DNA from: Marsupella aquatica
Taxonomy: Eukaryota > Plantae > Marchantiophyta
DNA: 64,000 nt
Assembly (NCBI GenBank): GCA_973895155.1
Contig: OZ316892.1
Coordinates: 3,661,223-3,725,222, forward strand
Reading direction: 5' to 3'
Shown: in pieces, positions 25,001-36,800 of the stretch
Position numbering within the stretch: the first letter of the stretch is position 1
Layout: every line of letters starts with the position of its first letter
Translations under genes and position numbers: made by a program
Notes under the pieces: generated by a model
What the model was told of the DNA's origin: nothing
Seen by the model: only the letters and a program-made list of their open reading frames with translations
Databases searched by the model: none

Positions 25001-27339
25001 AAACCACAGTACAGAAAAGATATAAATATGGTTTAGATACTGGGTAGATTACGAGGATCCTCACCACTTGCTCCAGCATATTCAGCTGTGCTGCGACCTC
25101 TCCTCCATTCATTCGATAAACGAAGGGTAATGGGAGATAACTTCCATTCAATCGTCCAAACAAACGAATCTGAAAACTTTTGGCCTGAAAATCTTTATCA
25201 ATCTGGACGGCCAGGATTCAAAATCATGTTAAGGTTCGACCAAGAATCATTGTGAAAACAACTCAGCATTTAGCTGCAGCTGTAAGTCCACAACACTAAA
25301 TAAATCTACACAGAGCAACATGTCATCCCAGTAATCGCTACCGTACTCCTTACACAAATAAATGCTGAGTGGGGCTTAAAAACTAAATTGTTTTAGCCGA
25401 GTTACAGCAAACCCCTCTAATGGAGTAAACGTGTACATTATCAAATAGGGCTTTATCGAATTTCCTTACAACAAACCACAATTACTGGAAGACTTAGTCG
25501 AAGAAACAAAATTACCACCAACCTGAATTTCTACATTGCTCATCGGTTCGCAGCACTTGCCAGTCTTCAGAGTGGCTGGTATCCACTTATCGAAGAAAAG
25601 GTAGTACACATTACATGGAACTGTAGCCATACCAACAATTCATATCATCAGGAATCCCAATTACACTTGTAGTTACGGTGACCAAGGTTAGGACTTTCCT
25701 CGAACTATCGGTGAAAAAATTGATCCCCATTACAGATGCCTGCCTAAGACACAAACTTGCTTCCAACAAGTCCCTCCGTTGGACCTAGTTTCATGACAGA
25801 TATATTGACCTTGCACTTTCAACACAACACTGCCACTCCTCAAGTCTTACTCCTACATGATTCACGTATGGGAGATCCTCTGATAGGGTGAGACAATTTT
25901 TGTTGTGAAAGAAAAACCGGCAGGATCCTTTCTTAAGAATCCGGCCCAGTATGAGGATTGCATTACTTTGGAAGAATTTCTACAGCTAGTAGACTGCATA
26001 TTGCCTGCCATAACCAGAGGGACGAGCAGACACCTTGACCAATGCCAGATAATGGAATGGACACGTAACTAGTGCATCCACCGACACTGTCCGGTTGGTC
26101 GAACGTATTTTAGTATTTTGTGAGTGAACTAGGTCAAAACAGGGTTTAGCCCACTCACTGCCCATGCTGCGGAGCTCCCTAGCCGTTTGACAGGAAAGCT
26201 GTGATGCTTTTCTTTCATCCTCAGCTGCAACTTGCTCCTCCGCTCTAACCTGCCAGATGCAAGGCTCAAAGATTCAGAGGCAGATGATGACAAGCAGGAA
26301 TGTAAAAGCTGTCCAAGGAGAGCTAAAGATCATCCGAATCGAGCACCAATGACACCCTACAAAGACACGCATACTGACGGAGCTAGGTGCAGAACTTCTT
26401 TCCAAACGAATTACACACAGATCTGCTCGGATAAGTACTCAAGACTGAAACTCATCCAAGACACAAGACATTTTTCATTATGTCGGGCATAATAGAGAAT
26501 TCAATCGATGGTAAAAACAAACCAACTGTTACATCCGTAACGCCTTCATCTGACTTCCGCTAGAGCCAAAATTCCACTATTTCGCACAACTAGCACAATA
26601 CTTCGACCTCGCTTAAGTAAAACAACAAAGTGCATTGCTCCACGTTGAATATTCCAACGCGTAATTAGGGTTTCTCACACGAACTCTTTCTCTGACGGAA
26701 GTACAATCACCCAAGCCCGAAAACCCTAAAATAAGCCGGAAATCTGACCAAGGGATGCAACAGTTTTGCAATGTTGTGATTATCGTCCTTCAGAATAGCT
26801 TCCCAACCCCCCAGTTCTTTCAGGAACACTGCATTCTCCTCTGTCCCAGGACATCTACTGCTCCGCTTGCAGGTGTACGAGAGGACGTCTTGGTTGGCGA
26901 CTCGACAAGCAAAAATTAGACGCTGATGCTCTGCAGGAATGCCGTCTTTACCCTGCGCCAAGAAACATGAGAATGTGTCAGTAAGGTTCCATCCATCCCT
27001 TACATTGTGCCCATATATCGACAATTGATCTCCTCAGCAGTGCCAAAGCAAGGTCGGCAGTACCTGAATCTGCTGTTTACAACTTTCAACCAGTGCCGCC
27101 GGATCCAAAAGGACCTGAGGTTTCAGCACCACAACACGACGGTCAGAACAAATATCGGCAGTCACCACAAACAAGAAGGATGGACGAGACTCATTTGCAG
27201 TGGAGAGCATTGAGTCGACTAGTGGGATACGCGTAAAAAATCACGAACGAACGACAGGCAGAACTGCGAAAGAGGCAAGGCTCACCGTTGACGACGACGA
27301 GTGATCCCACCACCTTAATTCTGCTCCCTGCTTGCCCAT
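19004..27339 (-). CDS. Large DUF789-family protein with predicted N-terminal ubiquitin-like domain (~1670 aa, 11 exons)
   Basis: GT-AG, phase-consistent exons: 27339-27286, 27114-27064, 26952-26749, 26249-26159, 25169-25065, 24637-24447, 24314-24271, 24087-20344, 20161-20057, 19757-19571, 19240-19004 (5013 nt). DUF789 motifs IWQWYEEP..G.EV, YFVPYLSGLQI, HPASWFAVAWYPIYRI, FLTYHS and HSDYEFF. The last four exons are secure; the 5' exons are a model. Confidence 0.8.
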
Positions 27340-28256
27340 CAGCCTACCAGCATCTCATGCTCTTGAATTGTACTGATGAACGTGCCCAAACCGCTAAGCC
27401 TCCACACTTTCGGCAAGAAGAGATCCGGGGGAAGAATCGGTGGATTAAAGCGCAATGACACAGCGCTAAACACTTCAGACTAATCGGACCCCGAAGAAGA
27501 GATACACTACACTCCTGCGTTCTCTTCACTTGGCGAGCGTTCCAACAACGGACGGGAGAATAAATTCATAAGAATGGACCAGCAGGGGGGAGGAGGAAAA
27601 AAACAAAGGATGAGACTATACAAGGTCTCGCCGGATCCCAAGAGATCGAACACTGCCAGTACTGCTGAACGGAACTGCTTCCAATCAATCCATCACATGC
27701 TCCAAACCAACCGCAGACTAGAAAATCGTACAGAGCCAGCACTAAAGCATCCGCCCAGGGAAGAAAGTGGCGGAGATGAACACGTCTCTCAGGACAGAAT
27801 GCTGCCGGTCACAATGACCGCCTCAGGCAGAGAATAAACTACGGAACCAAATCATAAAAGATCAGAAGAGCCTCCTAACTCCAGTGCAGCACGAACCACC
27901 TCTTCACACCACCACTGACAAATCAAATTCAACCTCCGGCGGAAGACACAGAAGAAGATGGATCCGAACAAGAAGAAACGCAGCAGCGCAGCACAGCACC
28001 GGACACCGCAGGGGCAGGAGAAGAAGAACCACCACAAGGTCCCCAGAGCAGACTATCTGCCTTTGAAAGAGAGGAACGCTCGGATGATCCGCTCAAGTGA
28101 TATCACGGAAAAAGTCACCGCACAGAAAATTTTACTCCCTGTCGTCGACAATTTTACTCCCTGTCGTCGTCCTCGTCGTTGTCTCAACTCAGACTCGGCC
28201 AGCAACCATCATTATCCCCCTTTCCCTCCCTCCCTGCTTCCCTGTCAATACGAATT

Positions 28257-28382
28257 CTCTGTCACACCATAGCAATACTCTCCCACTTCCCACTGTTCCG
28301 CGAGACTGCGACAATCGAGCTCTGTCACACCATAGCAATACTCTCCCACTTCCCACTGTTCCGCGAGACTGCGACAATCGAG
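28257..28382. repeat. Perfect 2 x 63-bp tandem duplication in the probable 5' leader/intron of the DUF789 gene
   Basis: ctctgtcacaccatagcaatactctcccacttcccactgttccgcgagactgcgacaatcgag appears twice. Confidence 0.92.
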
Positions 28383-31204
28383 AACCCCCCGAACGTAGAC
28401 CGCACTGCACCGTACCGCACCGCCCCGCCCCGCACCGAGAGAACAATTTCACTGTCACAGTCAGGCTGCCGAATGGATGAATCTACACGACGAGCAAAAC
28501 CACAACAACGCCCCCCGTTTCGCAATCAATCTACACCAACTAAATGACAGCATCCACTCCCGACGCAACGCAATTGCGTGTTATGGCCCGTCCGGTACGG
28601 TGCCGTAGGCACAGCACGGCTCGAATGCCTAGTGAACAACCACTCGTCCTCACCACTGCGCACCAGCAAAGTCTCCCGACCAAAGCGCCGAAGAAGAAGA
28701 GAGAGGACGACGAAAAAGAAGAAGACGACGTGCACATACAATTGAAAAAGGCGCCGGAGACAAACGGACGGATTGCGTATTGCCGTGGCAAAACCTTTCG
28801 AATCAATCAATACAATACAATCAATCAATCCATCGATCGATCGATCAATCAATCCCGACGCAGCAAAGCAGTACACCAGCAGTACTAGCAGTGGCAGCAA
28901 AAGTAGTAGTAGGACGAGCTCGGTGGTCGTGTTACGTGTTGCCAGCGACAAAAAGAGAAGAGGATCGTGGAAGAGGATCGAGGATGCCGACAGAGGATAC
29001 TCGTACAAGCTTCCACAGTGCAGATTTCAGAACGAGCGCAACAGCAGAGAGGAAGCACAGAGGAGGGGAGAGGAGACAGAGGAGAGGAGATGAGGACGAG
29101 AGGAATTGAAGAGAATAAGCGAACAACAGCAGACAGAGCAGAGCATCACAAGACAACAAGGCGGGTATGGATTGTGGGACGGGAAGCGAAGAAGACGAAG
29201 AAGAAGAACTCATGGAACTCAACTCACTCTCTCGCAGAAACCCAGGACAGCAAGGAGCTGAGGGAGGGCGGGACTGGGAGTGGGGGTGGCGCCTGTGCGC
29301 TAATAAAAACAGGGATGGAGGCCGAATGCTCCCAAAAGAACTCGACCGAAAGACCGCGACGACCAAAGGTATGGAGTCGGGGTCGGGGTGGGGGTGGGGG
29401 ATGGGGGGTGGGATGCGAGGGATGGTCCCAAAGAACCCGACAGAGTGACTGAGTCTAGAAACTACTACGGTCGGAGTGGACCCCGGAACTACAGGCCATG
29501 AGCGGTTCGAACCCCGCGACAGAGGCGAGTCTGCTGTGTCTGCTGATTACCGTAGTGTCGTACGGGTTCACGCAGTACAGAAACTACTTTTCGTTTTAAT
29601 AAAACAATTTAACGTCAGAATGTTATTCCTCGTGTTTTCGTTTAATAATCTTAAAAATAACGGATACACTGACAAGTCAGTGTTTACACCATAATACTTA
29701 GAATATTCTCGACATATCCAAAGTCCCAAACGTTTCAGATGGAGGATGAACAGCTGAAAACCTTGTTGTGTACGGATTCACAACAACTTATGAGTGATGG
29801 GTCAGTTTACTCAATCAACAATGTATTCTTCCTTAGCTAAAATCAGTCAAGCAGGGTATAGCCTTTTATTTTGTAGCCTAGGCTCTTGCAAAGGACATAT
29901 CACTTCACCCAGTTGTTGCCCCTATCAGTTGCCACACTTTGTTTCTCCCTCCACATGGATTCCATGTATATTTGGTGTCCTATTCTCCCAGGAAATGTGC
30001 ATTCTTAATTATTTTGAATAACACGAATGGTTTAATAATAATTTTAATTTTTTTAACATTTGAATACAAAGAGTTTGATTTTCATATAAATAGCATTTTG
30101 GGAAGCCATTCAAGCTTAAAGGGCTGCATGGAGATCCATTCCAGGTAACGACTTGCGGTCCAACTATTCTGATAAAGAGCAGTTCACTCTAATGTTGACA
30201 CATCTCATATTTATGTTGTTTAAGTCTTTCTATACTTAAAGGGTTGGCAAGGCAACCTATCAACAGACAGGAAGTATTGCAAGAGAAGGACACCATGGTC
30301 AAATCAATTATGGTGAGATGGAACCCATGTGTATACTTTCCAGGTCCTTTGAACATTGAGAGAATCTAAACCTAACCTACATTTTGAATTCTGGGGTAGT
30401 TGATGGTCACCCGTGTATGACTCTCATTATTAAGAGAAAAAAATTGAGATAGTGTTACATTATTGTAACTTTTTTCTGAAGATACGTGAATGCCATACTT
30501 TTTATTTTAATGACTACAATTATTCTAACAGAGGTCATTTAAGTAACCAATGCTGGATCTACAATCAAGATTCTGCCAATCTGAGTGCACTCTACTCACT
30601 TGGTCCTAACTGGACTACTACTTGCTTGTCGTAACTTCACTTCAGCTGGCCCCAAACTTGGTTAAGTATGGTTTCTTGGGTCAACCATGGTAAATCATGT
30701 GTTAACTATGTTTGAGCTTGGATTGAATGATTGGTTAGATACTTCAAACGTGGCCAACCTCCATGGTACATATATATACTGGCCAAATCCTGACCACCAA
30801 CCTGGTTGCATAGGTTGACCACAACCTTGGTGCACAGTTAGTTAACCCATGGTTGGCTCAGTAGTCAGTTACTGTACTGTACAGTCCGGTACAGTTGTTG
30901 AGTCTCCGCATTTTGTGGGGTCTACAGTTGGCCCTACCAACCCGACAAGGTGCCTTTACAAGCCCCAAAATCTTTCGGCCCAACCAATGCCCAAAGGGCT
31001 CCTCTTCCGGTCCCGGGTAAAGAACATCAACGAGCCAAGGACTGCCACGTGGGCGACCGTGTTGTCCGTTCGTGGCCGTCTCAGAGAAAACCCCAAATCA
31101 CTCACGGCCACGTCGAGATATTGAATGCATTGTTTAGTGGATTGTTTTGTCTGGATGCGTTTCTTAATGACGCAATTATGGCGGACGGAACAAGACAATG
31201 GGCC

Positions 31205-31243
31205 AAAGTAAAGTAAAGTAAAGTAAAGTAAAGTAAAGTAAAG
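31205..31243. repeat. (AAAGT)n microsatellite
   Basis: About 7-8 consecutive aaagt units. Confidence 0.9.
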
Positions 31244-31779
31244 CTCGCTGACTGTGTCACAGTGTCACACCGGGTCATCGTCAATTTCGCGACTAGGTAC
31301 GTAGTGCTTTACTGCTTTTATGCTGTGAGTTGGGCGACGAAGCATCACGTTTCTGCCTCTCGTCCAACGATTCTCTCCTTGTTTCGTGCTCTTGATTTCG
31401 GACCTTTTTGTGATATCATCTTTGGGACGGAATGCAAGATTGCGCTTGACTTGGCGAAAAAAATGAGCAGAAGCACGGACGTTTATGTCAACCCCCTCGG
31501 CATTTGCTGTTGTGAGAGGATGTGAGGAATTAATTCGGGCATGTATTTCCAATCCTCATCCAGGGCATAGATTCCCAACTCTCATCAAACGATTCTCTCC
31601 TCGTCGCCCCTTGTAGATTAGAAGCCTATGCGTGCGGATCGTGGAATGCGGATTGGATTTACTCCTCCCCCGCGTGCCATAGAAGTGCAGCGAAGGCCAA
31701 GTGGCACCCGTGTTTTTCTATGCTCAGTTGTGGACTGACAAGGAAAAAAAGGTGTTTCTTCCTTTTCGCCTGAATTCTA

Positions 31780-32137
31780 AACTGTGTCATCTCGAGGGAC
31801 TGCTTCACAGTTAATTCCTTTTCGGAAGGAGACTCGTTCGTCCTCTCTTCTGCCTTGAAAATCGAATCATATAGCATTCTGCTTCAGATTAGGACCTTCC
31901 CCGTCAAGGAGTGCGAACAGGCCAAAGCAGCTCCGGTCTCCTGCATTTCTGATTACCTAACTGTGTCATCTCGAGGGACTGCTTCACAGTTAATTCCTTT
32001 TCGGAAGGAGACTCGTTCGTCCTCTCTTCTGCTTTGAAAATCGAATCATATAGCATTCTACTTCAGATTAGGACCTTCCCCGTCAAGGAGTGCGAACAGG
32101 CCAAAGCAGCTCCGGTCTCCTGCATTTCTGATTACCT
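31780..32137. repeat. Near-perfect 2 x 179-bp tandem duplication
   Basis: The identical peptide KIESYSILLQIRTFPVKECEQAK recurs at 31855 and 32034. Confidence 0.92.
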
Positions 32138-32754
32138 GCAATTAAACATATCCTTCCTCAATTTTGCAGCGGGAATAACGAATTTCACGACATTCTTCTT
32201 CACGGGGATACGAAGCTCATTATTGACCTACTACAGGACGTGGAGGGCATCAGATATATCCTATAATAATAAGGTCGTGTTCTATGCTAGTTGGAGTGCG
32301 GACTCGTTCAACATTCCTCTACTTCCCCACACTGCATGCTTCAATGCATTTGGCTGACGTCTACAGAAGGCGAGTTGCTTGGTCAAAGCAGTCATACATG
32401 TTACCTGACACGATTTACACTCTCCGTACGCCGTTCGAGTTCCTGGGAGATGGTGTACACTTACTAATCGAAACTTTTCGCAGGAGCACGTCCTCCTAAC
32501 ATGGAGAACACGGTTGGGAGTCTCCGGAATGCATGGTCGGAAGGTCAAACTGGATATGAACGACCAACAGACGTTCGTAAAAATCCTTGAATTTTGGATT
32601 CCAGCTGCTACTCGTTGCTCAGCACTCGTCCAGATGCTACTCGTTACCTCGTCATGCAGACGAACGTGGTAATGACGGCCACTCCGTCAAAACCCTACCG
32701 AGTCGTGTACAGCGAACCGTAAAACGCTTTTTAGACCGGTCATTTAAAACTGAA

Positions 32755-33065
32755 CGGTTTGCTTCACAAGGGCCAGCCCAATAACCTTGCCTTCACGTTG
32801 GCAACCTGGGTGAGGGGGTGTCGCATGTTAACTGTTTGCAGACACTGACCTGGGATGGGAGAGCCCAGTCATTGAAAACTGACAACGATAGGTTTGCTTC
32901 ACAAGGGCCAGCCCAATAACATTTCCAGGATTAGAATCTGCCTTCACGTTTGCAGCCAGCCCAATAACCTTCCAGGATTAGAATCTGCCTTCACGTATGC
33001 AACCTGGGGAGGGGGTGTCGCATAGTTGCAAACTGTTTGCAGACACTGACCTGGGATGGCAGAGC
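32755..33065. repeat. Nested short duplications
   Basis: ggtttgcttcacaagggccagcccaataac x2; ttccaggattagaatctgccttcacgt x2; actgtttgcagacactgacctgggatgg x2. Confidence 0.8.
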
Positions 33066-33857
33066 TCAAAGAAATCTCCTACAAAACAGTACTTAAGGTG
33101 GTCGGCACGAGAGTAACGGACATCGATCATATGGTGAGCTGGTAATGGACTGGAAGCAAGCCAACTCTTCTGATCACCAAATTTCTGGAATTCTGTGTAA
33201 CGTTTAGGAGAAATTCGCACCGCAGGAAATTACAGGTAGACAACAAGGTCTATTTCTATAATCAGTAGAAGTAGGCCTGACCTGGCTAGAGTAAATGCTC
33301 TCCAGAGAAGGGTACAACATTACAAACATTCATACCTGACGATGGCGAAGGTAGAAATTACCAACACATGCACAACTAGAAACAACCAACTGTAGATCGT
33401 GGCAATGTTTGTGACTGATAAATCCTTGCTGGTAAACACTAGGTCTTACAAGGTACAAGTGCAAGTTTCCAAGTTTCAACCCCGAGCCAGAGTAGCTTGG
33501 CTTGTGCAATTACCCTCTTCTTAAAATTGCAAAGAAATAGGGTGATTGTGGCCACAACTTATCCATCTTGAGGTGCAAGAGTTCTCCCCAACTCCCAAAC
33601 TCACCTTCCCACAAATTGGAAGAAAGACATTTTGATCATCTCAAGCAAACAGAAATCGCGAAGGTGTAGTCTACAGTTAGCAGGTCGGAACCAGCTCCCT
33701 GGTGACTTGAAATCCACAAAGGAACCCAGGTGTAGAAGCCGATACTATTATCTAAAGGTACCTAAAATAAAACTCAATAACAAAAGTGTATCCTGAGTAT
33801 CCTTGTGTGAAGTCTCCATGAAGCAGAGGATATAACTGGGAGAACGTAAAGTCTGGT

Positions 33858-36800
33858 CTAATCATCTCCAAACTTGATCTTCTTTCCCGTCCCTGCTGCA
33901 GCTAAGTTCGGCTTGGGTCCCCTGCCACCCCGTCCTCGGTCACTACGACCACCTCCTCGTCCTCCTCTACCTGTCACGTCATTTTCAAAACAGTCGTCAG
34001 ACTAAAACAACTCTTATGTGCTAGACGTGCAACCCAGTCTCTGAGGAAAGGAAATTGGACAAAGAACCTACCACGGTCTCCACCACCAAATCGTCCACCT
34101 CCACCACGGCCACCACCAAAACGTCCACCCCTCCCACCACGATCACCACCACGGCCTCCTCCACGGCCTCCGAAACCTCCACTGCTAGGAGCTGGTTGTC
34201 CCGCCTCATTAATGACAAGATTGCGTCCTCCTAACTTAGAGCCATCGAGGTCTAGAGCCTTCGTAAAAGAATCCTTATCAGCAAACTCAATATAGGCAAA
34301 CCTGCAGTGACAGCCGATTAGTCAAGACAGCAATTAAATATCTCCACAAGACAACACATTAGCCTCAAGAATATCAAAACTCCATGCATTCTAACCACGA
34401 ACGATGTTTACTCTTTCAGGCACCCTAAAAGTCCAGGTCAGGAAATAAGAAATGTCGGAGTTGACCTACCCTTTGATCTCTCCAGTTTCTCTGTCGGTAG
34501 GAATTCGTACATTCACAACCTCCCCACACTCCGAGAAGTGCTCACTCAACCCACTGCGGATCTGCACAGAGAATATACCAACAGGTTTGGTGAGTGCCAC
34601 GGACATACGCCAGTAAACTTGAAGGCTGAGACACGAAGCTAGTGAGTTTTATCTCTTCCTCAAATAACCCAGACCACCAAAATTTGTGAATCGAAACTTA
34701 CGTAGTCCTCGTCTTGGAACTTGTCAAAACCTTTCACGAAGGCAGTTTTATCTGAACCAGGTCTTGGAGTTCCAGCTCCATTGGCACTGCAAAACAAATA
34801 ATGTCAGTAAAAGGTACGCATGTCCATTTCTCCACATATGAGGTCCATTTTCTCGATTTACCTTGCTGCTTTTTGGGGGGTACAAAATCATGGGCCAAAC
34901 AGTCTTCAAACTAACCCAGGAGATTTGAAATCCGAGCCAGGAGTTCGGGGACCCCTCTCATTTGCGGTGTCACAGTAAATCTCCCTTCCTTCGATAGACT
35001 CACCACTCTTCTTCACAGCCTGAAGTAAGAACGAGGACGGAGATCAGGAAGATTTCTCATAGAATCCCATATAGCAAGTTTACTAGTTAGCATTTGGATT
35101 TAGGAGATCTTCTCTGAGAAAACAGGAGCTTAACGCAGTCTCCTTCAAGAAACATTCAAGCCTTCCTTGCCCAAGGACACATAATACGAGCTGACAAGTA
35201 TTCGTAGCCGCAGTTGTTCAACTTACCTTTGCAGCTGACTCAGCTGAGTCAAATTCCACGTGACCAAAGCCCCTGGATCTCCCTTGGTCATCTTGGCCAA
35301 TCCTGACATCTACAACCTCACCGCAGTCCGCAAAAAACTCGAACCTGACAAACCCGCCAGATAAGAGTAGTCAATGAAGAAGTCTCTCACAGCAGGTGCA
35401 ACTAGAGAAAATATAACATAACGAAGCGGTACGCATCGCTATACCAATAAAACAGAAATGAGCCTGGGGAGGGAGAGCAGAAAACCCACAAAGTATCGGA
35501 GTTAACCGCCCAGGCCAAGTTCCTGATGAAAATAGTCTTGCTTCCTTCACCACCAGCCTTCAACGGAGTTTTCGCCTGGATCACCGAGAATTAAGGGTCA
35601 GGACAAAAACGACAAGTAACCGTCGAATAGACAAATTACGATTCAAAAATACAAATCTCTGCATTCACTCACTTCCGGTTTCTTTCCATTCGTCTTTAGC
35701 TCCTCTTCCTCTTCTTCGGACTCCTCATCACTGTCTTCTTCTTCAGAATCATTTTTGGCCGGCTTGGCGGCGGGCTTCGCAGCCTGAATGTGTAACCGCG
35801 GGCAAAACAATAACGTGAGCCTCTACACAGTAAAGTAGACAGCTGATGGCGCAACCCAATCAAATCACAAGCTTACTGACACACGACTTCGGATGACAAA
35901 CTCCATCAAGAAGCTTGTCGAGCTACGAAAAACCACTATGTTTTGTTATACCTCAGTCCCTAGTGGATCGTTTAAGTACCGAACACATTTCGGAGCCGAA
36001 GACATCAGCAAAGAAGTTCAGGAAACAAAGCTCAGTCCTGCGCCTACCTTCGGCTTCTCCACTTCTTCGTCATCACTTTCATCCTCTTCGTTAGAAGACT
36101 CTTCTACATTCTTGGCGGCTGCTGCAGGTTTGGCGGGCTGCACCGGCATGGCACAAGCATGTAATACTATCAGGAAGCGATCAATGAGGCCGACTACGCG
36201 ACCGGGCTATTAACCGCGGCCAAGGAACGTCAAATTACAACACCAGATTACTCCTCTCAACAAAAGTACACCTACACTACAGGATTACAGACCTTAATTA
36301 CGGGGACGTCTGGATACACTACAAAAGATTATTAAGTTGAAATAAGAGGGCATACTACTACCGGGCTGCTTAACTTACCGAGGGTCATCTAGGGAAAGAA
36401 AGGACCCTCGTACTGTACAGAGAAATACAAGCTACTTCTGGTATCTGCAGGTACCTCTTCTTCATCAGAGTCTTCCTCCTCGCTATCTTCTTCCTCACTG
36501 CTTTCTTCCAGAACTGCAGCTTTGACTGCAGGTTTGGTGGTAGCAGGTTTCACCACTGGCTTTACAGGCTGGCATTCAGCACAAGACAGAAACCGCCAAA
36601 TTATAATTGTACTAAGGGGCGTGAATTATGCTACCAGACCAATAACAGAAATAAGATCCTCGCTACGCCCTACGATGAGACGCATTAGCTACTCATGAGA
36701 CATGCGACTACCTCTTCATCAAAGTCCGAGTCCTCGCTATCATCTTCTTCCTCACTACTTTGTTCTTTAGCTGCAGCCTTAGCTGCAGGTTTTGTGGCAG

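Noticed and set aside
27570-29460. Many overlapping 60-160-aa ORFs
   Set aside because: Low-complexity, microsatellite-rich sequence typical of a long 5' leader/promoter; no domains.
29470-29520. Pol III B-box-like GGTTCGAACCCC with a weak upstream A-box
   Set aside because: The T-stem does not pair properly and no cloverleaf forms, so it is not supportable as a tRNA or SINE.
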